Part shown: one piece after another, positions 1 through 7,925 of the stretch
Layout of the letters: each line of letters starts with the position of its first letter
Numbering within the stretch: the stretch's first letter is position 1
DNA from: Kiritimatiella glycovorans
GTDB lineage: Bacteria > Verrucomicrobiota > Kiritimatiellia > Kiritimatiellales > Kiritimatiellaceae
Reading direction: 5' to 3'
DNA: 32,000 nt
NCBI RefSeq assembly: GCF_001017655.1
Contig: NZ_CP010904.1
Coordinates: 540,001 to 572,000, forward strand
Translations under genes and position numbers: made by a program
Notes under the pieces: generated by a model
What the model was told of the DNA's origin: nothing
Database searches by the model: none
The model's input: the letters and a program-made list of their open reading frames with translations, nothing else

Positions 1-113
1 ATGTTACGTATTATTGGCGGCCATATAGCCCCTCAAAACCGCAGACAGGGTCAGCCCGCACATTGCGTCATTTAGAATGACGAAAAGTTTGGCTCTTCGC
101 AGATTTTTGTGGT

Positions 114-150
114 GGCCCCGCTTCGCGGGTCTGCGGGCCTACTACGAGCG
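114..150. repeat. Partial copy of repeat module R1 (hairpin-bearing part only)
   Basis: ggccccgcttcgcgggtctgcgggcctactacgagcg resembles the 5' third of R1 at 216-252 and 6189-6224. It is followed by its own inverted repeat ctactacga/tcgtagtag. Confidence 0.55.
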
Positions 151-204
151 TGAAGAAGTTCGTAGTAGCGCCGTAAGCCTGCCCCCCGGCAGGCCAGGCG
201 CGTG

Positions 205-307
205 AAGATAACGGCCCTGGTCCTGCTTCGCGGACCTGCGGGCCGACTACGAACGCAAGAGAGAGCGCACCTTTTCTTTGCCTGTGCTCTTCTCATTCAT
301 CTTTGCG
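205..307. repeat. Repeat module R1, copy A (103 bp)
   Basis: aagataacggccctggtcc...ttctcattcatctttgcg recurs at 6178-6279 in the same orientation. By eye the copies differ by about 5 substitutions and 1 indel. Intergenic. Confidence 0.85.
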
Positions 308-368
308 GTCCCGGCGCCTTGGCGAGAGTCATTTCTTGTATTTTCGACCACGGATTACCCCGGGGGAG

Positions 369-447
369 GGGGATCGCGCCTTCGGCGCTCCGAGTACGAG
401 TACGAGTGCGAGTACGGATTATGTTCACCCCTTCATGGCCTTCATGG
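369..447 (+). repeat. Repeat module R2, copy A, with a (GAGTAC)n-like hexamer tract at 392-417
   Basis: gggatcgcgccttcggcgctccgagtacgagtacgagtgcgagtacggattatgttcacccc..catg is the reverse complement of 6395-6483. It contains the gcgcc-ttc-ggcgc hairpin. Confidence 0.85.
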
Positions 448-649
448 TCTATCCCATCCCGACAACGATGTTCACTCAGGCGGACCCTTTCCCCTGCGAC
501 AATGAAAAGGGTTCCGGCTTTATTCCCGCCGGCTCAAAGGGTACAGTACCGTCTTACGCTTTGCGGTGGCCCGATCCGGGATCGGGGTTCGGCGGCCGGA
601 GCCGGTTCGTCCGCCCCTGAGTGAGAAATATAAAACAAAGGAGAGCATC

Positions 650-1924
650 GTGAGTTACGGGGAAACTGAAATCCGGAAGATGTACGAAATGGCGAAGGAG
701 CGTTACGCGGAGTACGGCGTGGACGTCGATGCCGCGCTGGAGCGCGCGCTCGAAATCCCGGTCTCCATGCACTGCTGGCAGACCGACGACGTGGTCGGCT
801 TCGAGACGAAAGAGGAGGGACTCGACGGCGGCGGGATCATGGCCACGGGCGGCTACCCCGGCCGCGCCCGCAACGGCGACGAGTCGCGCGCGGATCTCGA
901 ACAGGCCATGGCGCTCATCCCCGGTAAGGCCCGCGTCAATATTCATGCCATCTACGCCGAAACCGGCGGCAGGGTCGTCGATCGCGACGCCCTGGAGCCG
1001 GAACACTTTTCCGCCTGGATGGACTGGGCGCGCGCGCAGGGCGTGGGCCTCGATTTCAATCCCACGTTCTTCGGTCATCCGAAGGCGGACGACGGACTGT
1101 CGCTCTCTCACCCCGATCCGGCCATCCGCCGGTTCTGGGTCGATCACGGCCATGCCTGCCGGAAGATCGGCAAGGCGATGGCCGAGAGCCAGGGCGGACC
1201 GTGCTGCGTGAACTGGTGGATCCCGGACGGGACCAAGGATTATGCCGCCGACCGCTGGAGCCCCCGCGAGCGCCTGATCGAGTCGTACGACGCCCTGTTC
1301 AAGGCCGGGGACGACAGTGCCGGCTGCCTCGACTTCGTCGAGAGCAAGCTCTTCGGGATCGGCAGCGAGGCCTACGTGGCCGGCTCGGCCGAATTCTACA
1401 GCAACTACGCCCTCAGCCGCGGCGTCGGCCTCTGCCTCGATATGGGCCATTTCCATCCCACCGAGGAGATCTACGACAAGATCTCCAGTCAGCTGCTCTT
1501 CCAGCAGAACCTCCTGCTGCACGTCAGCCGGCCGATGCGCTGGGACAGCGACCACGTGGTGCTCTTCAGCGACGACCTGCAGCGGGTCTTCCAGGAGGTC
1601 CAGCGCGGATCGGCCTGGGACCGCGTGTTCGTGGCCGAGGACTTCTTTGACGCCTCGATCAACCGGATCGCCGCCTACGTCATCGGCACCCGCGCCGTCC
1701 GCAAGGCGATCCTGATGGCGCTGCTCGAACCGGTGGACCAGCTCAAGGCCTTCGAGAACGAGGGGCGCTGCGCCGAGCGGCTCGGCCTGATGGAAGAGGA
1801 AAAGACCCTTCCGTTCGCCGCCGTGTGGGACATGCTCTGCGCGCGGGCCGGCGTGCCGGTCGGCGGGGCCTGGATGGAGCGCGTGCGCGAGTACGAACAG
1901 GAAGTCCTCAAGACCCGCGGGTGA
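650..1924 (+). CDS. rhaA: L-rhamnose isomerase
   Basis: The translation (AKERYAEYGVDVDAALERALEIPVSMHCWQTDDVVGFE...) aligns by eye with the RhaA N-terminus (PVSMHCWQGDDVSGFE). The length is about 424 aa. GTG at 650 is preceded by aaaggagag; the track ORF extends upstream to 566 without an SD. Confidence 0.9.
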   Translation: MSYGETEIRKMYEMAKERYAEYGVDVDAALERALEIPVSMHCWQTDDVVGFETKEEGLDGGGIMATGGYPGRARNGDESRADLEQAMALIPGKARVNIHAIYAETGGRVVDRDALEPEHFSAWMDWARAQGVGLDFNPTFFGHPKADDGLSLSHPDPAIRRFWVDHGHACRKIGKAMAESQGGPCCVNWWIPDGTKDYAADRWSPRERLIESYDALFKAGDDSAGCLDFVESKLFGIGSEAYVAGSAEFYSNYALSRGVGLCLDMGHFHPTEEIYDKISSQLLFQQNLLLHVSRPMRWDSDHVVLFSDDLQRVFQEVQRGSAWDRVFVAEDFFDASINRIAAYVIGTRAVRKAILMALLEPVDQLKAFENEGRCAERLGLMEEEKTLPFAAVWDMLCARAGVPVGGAWMERVREYEQEVLKTRG

Positions 1925-1928
1925 AGCC

Positions 1929-2942
1929 GTGCGTGACATGCCGCCGCGACGTTATTCACGCGTAGCCGTCCTGATGGGCGGTACGGCGTCGGAGCGAGAG
2001 GTCTCGCTCCGCTCCGGCGCGGCCGTGGCGAAAGGGCTGCGCGAACGCGGATTCGAGGTCACGGCGATCGACGTGCGTGACGAGAACCCCGCGATCCCGG
2101 AGGGCGTCGAGGCGGGGTTCATCGCCCTGCACGGGGCGTTCGGCGAGGACGGCGGGATTCAGCGGGTGCTCGAGCGGCGCGGAATCCCGTACACCGGATC
2201 CGGGCCGGAATCCAGCGCGCACTCGTTCGATAAGCGGCTCACGCGTGCCGCGTTCCTGCGGTCCGGCATTCCGGTCTGCCCGGGGTGCGCGATGACCGCG
2301 GACGGGGACGGGGTGGAGATGACGGAAGACGGCGGAGCGCCGCGCCGGGTGAAGCGGAGCGGGCTGGCGGAGGAACTGGATCGATCGCTGCGCCGCCCGC
2401 TCGTCGTCAAACCCGCCTGCGAGGGATCGAGTATCGGACTGCGGATCGTGAACGGCGGCGGCGATTTGGACGCGGCGCTGGACGAGGCCTTCTCGCACGG
2501 CCCGGGTGCGGTCGCGGAGCGGTTCGTCGCCGGCCGCGAACTCACGGTCGGTCTGGTGAACGGCGAGGTGCTTCCCGAACTGGAGATATGCGCTGCGGGC
2601 GGGTGCTACGATTTTGCGGCGAAGTACGAGACGGGCGAGACCCGTTATCTCGTGCCCGCGCCCGTGGAGGACGGCATCGCCGAGCGCTGCCGGGAGCTGG
2701 CGGAGCGAGCTTTCCGCGTACTCGGGGCGCGCGGGTTCGGGCGGGTCGATTTCCGCATGGACGCCGGGGGGGAGCTGTACGCGCTCGAGCTGAACAGCAT
2801 TCCCGGCTTCACGGAGACCAGCCTGCTGCCCAAGGCGGCGGCCGCGGCGGGCGTCTCCTTTGCGGAGCTGTGCGAGCGGATCATGAACACGGCGGTCCTC
2901 GGGGAACCCGGGGATGAACGGGAACAGGAACATGGCGCGTAG
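1929..2942 (+). CDS. ddl: D-alanine--D-alanine ligase
   Basis: RVAVLMGGTASEREVSLRSG...ALHGAFGEDGGIQRVLE..IPYTGSG, then the ATP-grasp part VVKPACEGSSIGL and ELNSIPGFTETSL. The start is GTG 1929 or ATG 1938, only 4 nt after the rhaA stop. Confidence 0.9.
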   Translation: MRDMPPRRYSRVAVLMGGTASEREVSLRSGAAVAKGLRERGFEVTAIDVRDENPAIPEGVEAGFIALHGAFGEDGGIQRVLERRGIPYTGSGPESSAHSFDKRLTRAAFLRSGIPVCPGCAMTADGDGVEMTEDGGAPRRVKRSGLAEELDRSLRRPLVVKPACEGSSIGLRIVNGGGDLDAALDEAFSHGPGAVAERFVAGRELTVGLVNGEVLPELEICAAGGCYDFAAKYETGETRYLVPAPVEDGIAERCRELAERAFRVLGARGFGRVDFRMDAGGELYALELNSIPGFTETSLLPKAAAAAGVSFAELCERIMNTAVLGEPGDEREQEHGA

Positions 2943-3774
2943 AACCGTGAGCAAAAAGAAGCGGCGCGGCACCGGCCGCGCGTCCCGCCGGGGTAAAGGC
3001 GGAAGCGGCGCGGGAAGGGTTTTCGTGGCGGTCGTGTTCGCGGCGGTCGTGATCCTCGCCGTGTGGGGATGCGTGGCGGGCGTGCGCGCGGCGGGACGCT
3101 CCCTGTTCGCGGGAAACGGCCACTTCCGCTGCCGCGAGATCCGGGTCTCGACCGACGGACGCCTCGACCGCGCCCGGATCCTTGAATACGGGGGGCTCAA
3201 GGACGTCGAGAACATCTTCGAGCCGGAACTGGGTAAAGTCCTCGAACGCCTGTCCACCGTGCCGATGATCGAGTCCGTGACCGTCAGCCGCGATCTCCCC
3301 GGAACCCTCCTCGTCGATGTGCGCGAGCGGGTCGCCGTGGCGAGGCTGGGGGGGGGCGGCCCGCGGCGCTACCCGCTGCCCGTGGATCGCTTCGGCGTCG
3401 TGCTCCCTCCGCGGCGCAACTCGGACAAGCTGCCGGAGATCCGCGGCCTGGAGGAAAACGACAGGCGCACGCCCGGGGATCGGATTGAAGGCCCCGCCAT
3501 GGAGCGGGCCCTGAGGCTGCTCGACATCCTGCGGCGCGAGAAGTGGGGGGCGCATATCGACCCGGCCGTCCTCGATGTCTCCGGGGCGGAACGCATCGAG
3601 CTTCGTCTCCGGAATCGTGTACGGGTGCTGCTGCCGCCCGGGCGCGAATCCACCCTTCTCCGCCGCCTGAGGCGGCTGGTGGCGATTCTGCAGATCGCGG
3701 AGGATCACGGTCGTGCGCTGGCGGAGGTGGATCTTACGGCGGACGGGATCAATGTGCCGGTGACCTACCGGTGA
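2914..3774 (+). CDS. ftsQ: Cell division protein FtsQ (POTRA domain)
   Basis: Basic N-terminus, one TM segment (VFVAVVFAAVVILAVWGCVAGV), then a POTRA-like segment (IRVSTDGRLDRARILEYGGL...VTVSRDLPGTLLVDVRERVAVARL). It sits between ddl and ftsA. The start is ATG 2914 or 2932; both overlap the ddl 3' end. Confidence 0.8.
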   Translation: MNGNRNMARRTVSKKKRRGTGRASRRGKGGSGAGRVFVAVVFAAVVILAVWGCVAGVRAAGRSLFAGNGHFRCREIRVSTDGRLDRARILEYGGLKDVENIFEPELGKVLERLSTVPMIESVTVSRDLPGTLLVDVRERVAVARLGGGGPRRYPLPVDRFGVVLPPRRNSDKLPEIRGLEENDRRTPGDRIEGPAMERALRLLDILRREKWGAHIDPAVLDVSGAERIELRLRNRVRVLLPPGRESTLLRRLRRLVAILQIAEDHGRALAEVDLTADGINVPVTYR

Positions 3775-3784
3775 GGAGTGCCTG

Positions 3785-5029
3785 ATGAAGTCGGAACCGC
3801 TGGCGGTCATAGAGGTCGGGACGAGCCGCGTCCGCGTGCTGATCGGCGAGATGCGCGAGCGCGGCAGCCTCATGATCCTGGGGTACGGCGAGAGCGCGTC
3901 GCGCGGAGTGCGCAAGAGCGAGATTATCGATTACGGCTCCGCGGCCGACGCGCTGCGGACCGCCGTGGACCAGGCGGAACAGAGCGGGGACACCGATCTC
4001 CACCGCGCGCTGCTGATTATTTCGGGCGGCGGGATCGAGAGCCGGACGATCGGCTGCGCCGTGCCGCTCGAAGGACCCGAACGGCTCGGCCGTAAAATCA
4101 CGCCGGAGGACATGGAGTACGTCCGTTCGATGACCATGAAGACCCCGGAACCGGCCAACCGGGTCCGGCTTCATGCCCTGGAACGGTATTACGGCGTGGA
4201 CGACCAGCGGCAGATCCTGAATCCCGAGGGTATGTACGGGAATCATCTCAACCTGGACATGCTTTCCATCTACGCCCGCACCTCGGTGGTCGACAATTTC
4301 AGGAGCCTGCTGGAGGACATTGATATCGACTGCGAGGGCGTGGCGTACAGTGGGTTGTGTCTGGCGCACGGCCTTCTCACCGAGGAGCAGCGGCAGGCCG
4401 GTGCGGCGGTGGTCGACATGGGCGGAGGGACCACCAATGTGATGGTTTATCACGAGGGACGTCCCTGCGCGGCGGAGTCGGTCGCCGTAGGGGGGGCGCA
4501 CGTGACCTGCGACCTGATGCGCGCGCTCAACCTCTCGTTCCGGCAGGCCGAGACCGTCAAGCGCGAGGAGGGGCGGGCGCTGGCGGATCATCTCGACACC
4601 GCCGGACGCATCTCGGTGTCCTCCGATGGGGAAGGGTTCGGGGGATGCGTGGTGCGGCGGCGGAGTCTGCAGAAAGTGATTGAGGTCCGCGTGGAGGAGA
4701 CGTTTCAGGTGATCCAGTCCCTGCTCCGCGAACGGGGGGTGCTCGACCTCCTCGGGACGGGCGTGGTGCTGGCCGGGGGTGGGTCCTGCCTGGAGGGGGT
4801 TCCCGACGCGGCGCATCGGGTCTTCGATACCGCCGTCCAGACGGGCCGGGTGATGGACGTGATCGGCCTCCCGGGCGCGGCGGAAAGCGTGCAGTACGCG
4901 GTGGCGGTCGGAGGTCTGCGAGTGGCGGCGGAACAGAAGACCGCGCCGCGCAGACGGCGAAGCGGCGGAAGGCTGTGGCCGGGTGTGTTGCGCCGGCGGA
5001 AGAGGAGGGGTGATGGCGGAGGTTCCTGA
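3785..5029 (+). CDS. ftsA: Cell division protein FtsA
   Basis: Actin-like ATPase pattern (AVIEVGTSRVRVLIGE, VVDMGGGTTNVMVY, VLAGGGSCLEGV). SD gaggag lies 6 nt upstream of ATG 3785. Positioned between ftsQ and ftsZ. Confidence 0.9.
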   Translation: MKSEPLAVIEVGTSRVRVLIGEMRERGSLMILGYGESASRGVRKSEIIDYGSAADALRTAVDQAEQSGDTDLHRALLIISGGGIESRTIGCAVPLEGPERLGRKITPEDMEYVRSMTMKTPEPANRVRLHALERYYGVDDQRQILNPEGMYGNHLNLDMLSIYARTSVVDNFRSLLEDIDIDCEGVAYSGLCLAHGLLTEEQRQAGAAVVDMGGGTTNVMVYHEGRPCAAESVAVGGAHVTCDLMRALNLSFRQAETVKREEGRALADHLDTAGRISVSSDGEGFGGCVVRRRSLQKVIEVRVEETFQVIQSLLRERGVLDLLGTGVVLAGGGSCLEGVPDAAHRVFDTAVQTGRVMDVIGLPGAAESVQYAVAVGGLRVAAEQKTAPRRRRSGGRLWPGVLRRRKRRGDGGGS

Positions 5030-6155
5030 GGTAAACATGCCGCGTATCATGCTCCTCGGGGTCGGAGGCGCGGGGTTGAATATCCTCGGCCGCGCCCGCG
5101 CCCTGTGGCCCGAGGGCCTGCGCCTGGCCGCGATCGACACGGACGCGCAGCATCTGTCCTGCTGCGGCGTGCCGGAGACGCGGCTGATCGGCGAAACCGT
5201 GACCCGTGCCTTCAGCACGGGGTCCAGCCCGGACCTCGGCCGCCGCGCGGCGCAGTCCGATGCCTCCGGTATCCGTGCGATGATCGGCGATCTCGACCTC
5301 CTGTTCGTGATCGCGGGGCTGGGCGGCGGAACGGCGTCCGGCGCACTGCCGCAGATCATCCGCTGGGCCCGCGCGGACAATATCATGACGATGACCTTCG
5401 CGGTCATGCCGTTCGAGTTTGAACCGGAGGCGGCGAGGCGGCACGCCGAGCAGGCCCTGCAGGAACTCCGGGCGGCGTCCAATGTGGTCGTTCCCGTACG
5501 CAACGATCTCCTGGCGGAGGAAAACGACGAACGGACGATCCAGGAGTCGCTGGCCCTTGCGGATCGGTGGATCCTGCCGGGCGTGGCCGCGCTGGCGCGT
5601 ATTTTCTGCGAGGACGGTGTGATCAACCTGGATTTCGGAGCAGTCGGCGCCATGCTGCAGGGCGGGGAGGGGCAGGCGGTGTTCGCCTGCACGGAAGTGG
5701 ACCGCGAGGCCGCGTCGGGGGCGGTGGAGCAGCTGTTCCGCCACCCGCTGCTCGGCGGAGACGAGTCGATCGGCCGTGCACGCGGCGGGCTGATCGGTTT
5801 GACGGCGGGGAATGATTTCCGCCTGACCGAACTGCGAAGCATGGTCTCGGAATGGAGCGCCCGCCTGCCCGAACCCGCGGTCCGCAACTGGGGCGTGTCG
5901 TTGAACGAGGGGATGAGTGCCCGGCTCGGGCTGGTTACGCTGCTGATGCTCGCGCCGGAGGAGGAAGAGGAGGCCGGGGAAGAACGGCAGGACGGCGGGG
6001 AAGGGGAGCGCCGGGGTCGGCGTCCCGTGCAGATCGAGATGGATATCGACGCCAGCCCGCGCGGCCCCTTCGCGAAACTCGAACCCACGCTCTTCCGCGG
6101 ACAGAACCTCGACGAACCCACCTACCTGCGGCGCAATATCAGGATTTCCCGCTGA
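5013..6155 (+). CDS. ftsZ: FtsZ homologue with degenerate GTPase motifs
   Basis: IMLLGVGGAGLNI, AIDTDAQHL, FVIAGLGGGTASGALP, MPFEFE, VINLDFGAV, and the C-terminal peptide LDEPTYLRRNI. SD gaggagggg lies directly upstream of ATG 5013. Last gene of the ddl-ftsQ-ftsA-ftsZ order. Confidence 0.8.
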   Translation: MAEVPEVNMPRIMLLGVGGAGLNILGRARALWPEGLRLAAIDTDAQHLSCCGVPETRLIGETVTRAFSTGSSPDLGRRAAQSDASGIRAMIGDLDLLFVIAGLGGGTASGALPQIIRWARADNIMTMTFAVMPFEFEPEAARRHAEQALQELRAASNVVVPVRNDLLAEENDERTIQESLALADRWILPGVAALARIFCEDGVINLDFGAVGAMLQGGEGQAVFACTEVDREAASGAVEQLFRHPLLGGDESIGRARGGLIGLTAGNDFRLTELRSMVSEWSARLPEPAVRNWGVSLNEGMSARLGLVTLLMLAPEEEEEAGEERQDGGEGERRGRRPVQIEMDIDASPRGPFAKLEPTLFRGQNLDEPTYLRRNIRISR

Positions 6156-6177
6156 CGCAGCCCGCGCCCTCCGGGAA

Positions 6178-6279
6178 AAGATAACGGCCCTGGTCCGCTG
6201 CGCGGACCTGCGGGCCTACTACGAACGTAAGAGAGAACGCACCATTTCTTTGCCTGTGCTCTTCTCATTCATCTTTGCG
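6178..6279. repeat. Repeat module R1, copy B (102 bp)
   Basis: Direct repeat of 205-307. It starts 23 nt after the ftsZ stop. Confidence 0.85.
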
Positions 6280-6394
6280 ATTTCCGGGTAGGGCGCGATC
6301 TCTCCGCCTTCGGCCCTTTATGCCTTCGGCGGACAGGCTAAGCGCGCCGGGTCTGCGGACGGCCTTCTGCTGTCCAGCAGAATCCCTGCCTTCA

Positions 6395-6483
6395 CATGAA
6401 GAACATGAAGGTGGGTTGAGGGGGGTGAACATAATTCGTACTCGTACTCGTACGCGTACTCGGAGCGCCGAAGGCGCGATCCC
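6395..6483 (-). repeat. Repeat module R2, copy B (inverted relative to copy A), hexamer tract at 6437-6462
   Basis: catgaagaacatgaagg[12-nt insertion]ggtgaacataattcgtactcgtactcgtacgcgtactcggagcgccgaaggcgcgatccc is the reverse complement of 369-447. A second short tract, cgagtacgagtacgac, lies at 6504-6519 and is followed by the hairpin gacggga/tcccgtc (6519-6543). Confidence 0.85.
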
Positions 6484-6590
6484 ATCCCCCGATTCAAGGA
6501 ATTCGAGTACGAGTACGACGGGACGCGAGCGGATTTCCCGTCGCCTCACCACAAAAAATTACGTAGAACCAACTTTGGCCTGTATTTCGC

Positions 6591-6896
6591 TTAGAGGCAC
6601 AGTTTTTCGGCGAGAAGATATCCTTCCCGCCCTCCGTATTGACGCAGACCGCGAACGATCTCCGGGACGTCGGAAAGGGTGACCCGCAAATCATCACGCA
6701 TATACCAGAAGCATCGGGCATAATAGCGGTGGAATGCCTTCTGCGCTTCGCGTACCCGGATCATGTCCCGGGATTGCTCCGCTGTAAGCGTCCGGCGACT
6801 CTTTAAACCACCCTTGCGCCCGATCTCTGAAAGATACGCTCTTACCTCCCGGTTGCTCATGGGTATCGCCGTAAGCGGATTACGGTGTGAAGACAA
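6591..6896 (-). CDS. Small hypothetical protein (89-101 aa)
   Basis: ORF downstream of and co-oriented with dus. It has a basic N-terminal segment (EIGRKGGLKSRRTLTAEQSRDM). Alternative start ATG at 6860. No SD was seen and I do not recognise a family. Confidence 0.5.
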   Translation of the reverse strand: MSSHRNPLTAIPMSNREVRAYLSEIGRKGGLKSRRTLTAEQSRDMIRVREAQKAFHRYYARCFWYMRDDLRVTLSDVPEIVRGLRQYGGREGYLLAEKLCL

Positions 6897-6945
6897 GGGA
6901 GAGTTCCAGAAAAAGAGAAACGCTGATCAAGGCCGGCCGGTTATT

Positions 6946-7905
6946 TCATCGGGACGCCTCGTCCAGCACCCTCGCCGCGGCTTCGCGAAGTTCCTCCGGC
7001 GAGCGGGCGTGTTTGATCCGGTCGAAGGCGGCGTCGCCGTGCGGCAGTCCCTGCGCGAGATAGCTCCACAGTTCCTTCATCCGTCCGGTGACGGAGCGGG
7101 GCGGAAGTTCGTCGCAGTAGACCCGGAGCAGGTCCTCGTGAAATGCGCGCAGCTTCGGGAGATAGTCGGGAAGTACCGTTCGATCTCCAACGATCATTTC
7201 CGCGAGGAAGGGATGGATCAGGAGGCCGCGGCCCAGCATCCAGGTCCGCTGACGGGGCAGGGCGGCGCGGAAGCGCCTGAAGTCGCGGACGGATAGGAGG
7301 TCGCCGTTATACCAGACCGGCGCCGTAAAGGCCTGCGCCAGGCGGCGGAACGTCTCGAGGTCGGCGCAACCCGTGTACATCTGCTCCGCGGTGCGCGGAT
7401 GGATCGTGACGTGGGCGAGGGGATACGCGTTCAGCCGCGGAACAAGGGCGTCCAGCTCGTCCAGCCGTTCGATGCCCGGGCGGACTTTGATCGACAGGGA
7501 GACGGGCAGACGGGGACACACGGTGTCCAGAAAGGAGAACAGCCGGTCGGGATGCGCGAGCAGCCCGCATCCGCGGCCCTTTTTCCTGATCTTTTTCCAA
7601 GGGCACCCGAGGTTCAGGTTCAGTTCGTCGCAGCCGAGATCGGCGACGATGTGCGCCAGTTCGAGGAAGGGTTCGGAATCGGACGTCAGCGCCTGCGGGA
7701 TCACGCGCCAGCCGGGTGCCGGGTCGCCGAGATGACGCCTCACGCGTTCGGGTCGGAGGCGGGAGGTTCGGCTGAGGGCGATGAACGGGGTCACGGCGCC
7801 GCGTAGTCCCCCGCTGTGCTTCCTCCAGACCGCGCGGAATTCGGGGGTGGTGATCCCGCGCATCGGCGCCATCCAGAGTTCGGGTCGTGTTCCGGAATCG
7901 CTCAT
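6946..7905 (-). CDS. tRNA-dihydrouridine synthase family protein
   Basis: MAPMRGITTPEFRAVWRKH and NLNLGCPWKKIRKKGRGCGLL (catalytic Cys region), TIM-barrel flavoenzyme pattern. I prefer ATG 7905 (MSDSGTRPELWMAPMRG), 21 nt after the upstream stop, over the track start 8109, which would overlap the upstream gene. Confidence 0.85.
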   Translation of the reverse strand: MSDSGTRPELWMAPMRGITTPEFRAVWRKHSGGLRGAVTPFIALSRTSRLRPERVRRHLGDPAPGWRVIPQALTSDSEPFLELAHIVADLGCDELNLNLGCPWKKIRKKGRGCGLLAHPDRLFSFLDTVCPRLPVSLSIKVRPGIERLDELDALVPRLNAYPLAHVTIHPRTAEQMYTGCADLETFRRLAQAFTAPVWYNGDLLSVRDFRRFRAALPRQRTWMLGRGLLIHPFLAEMIVGDRTVLPDYLPKLRAFHEDLLRVYCDELPPRSVTGRMKELWSYLAQGLPHGDAAFDRIKHARSPEELREAAARVLDEASR

Positions 7906-7925
7906 AGGGAAGGCTCGTCCGCCGT

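Noticed and set aside
202-624. Track ORFs 202-624(+) and 6265-6552(-), which share the peptide GIAPSALRVRVRVRVRIMFTP
   Set aside because: The shared peptide is just the translation of repeat module R2 with its hexamer tract. The sequences on either side of it are unrelated between the two ORFs, so this is a noncoding repeat rather than a paralogous protein.
2285-2400. An apparent insertion in Ddl between the N-terminal and ATP-grasp domains (MTADGDGVEMTEDGGAPRRVKRSGLAEELDRS)
   Set aside because: It is only about 10 residues longer than the equivalent E. coli DdlB linker by my rough alignment. This lies within the normal variability of that surface region.
3749-6121. A 790-aa ORF on the minus strand, and similar long antisense ORFs at 554-1939(-), 1956-3257(-), 8046-9647(+), 9723-11018(-), 15595-17151(-), 17687-19117(+), 25225-26430(-) and 28076-29326(+)
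   Set aside because: Each lies opposite a gene with clear family motifs. Their translations are Arg/Pro/Ala/Gly-rich low-complexity sequence, typical of stop-poor shadow frames in GC-rich DNA, and no recognisable motifs were seen.
205-6483. A composite transposon carrying rhaA-ddl-ftsQAZ
   Set aside because: There is no transposase, integrase or recognisable IS end, and no obvious target-site duplication. The cargo is essential core genes, and the two modules have inconsistent relative orientation. I kept it only as a repeat-bracketed block.
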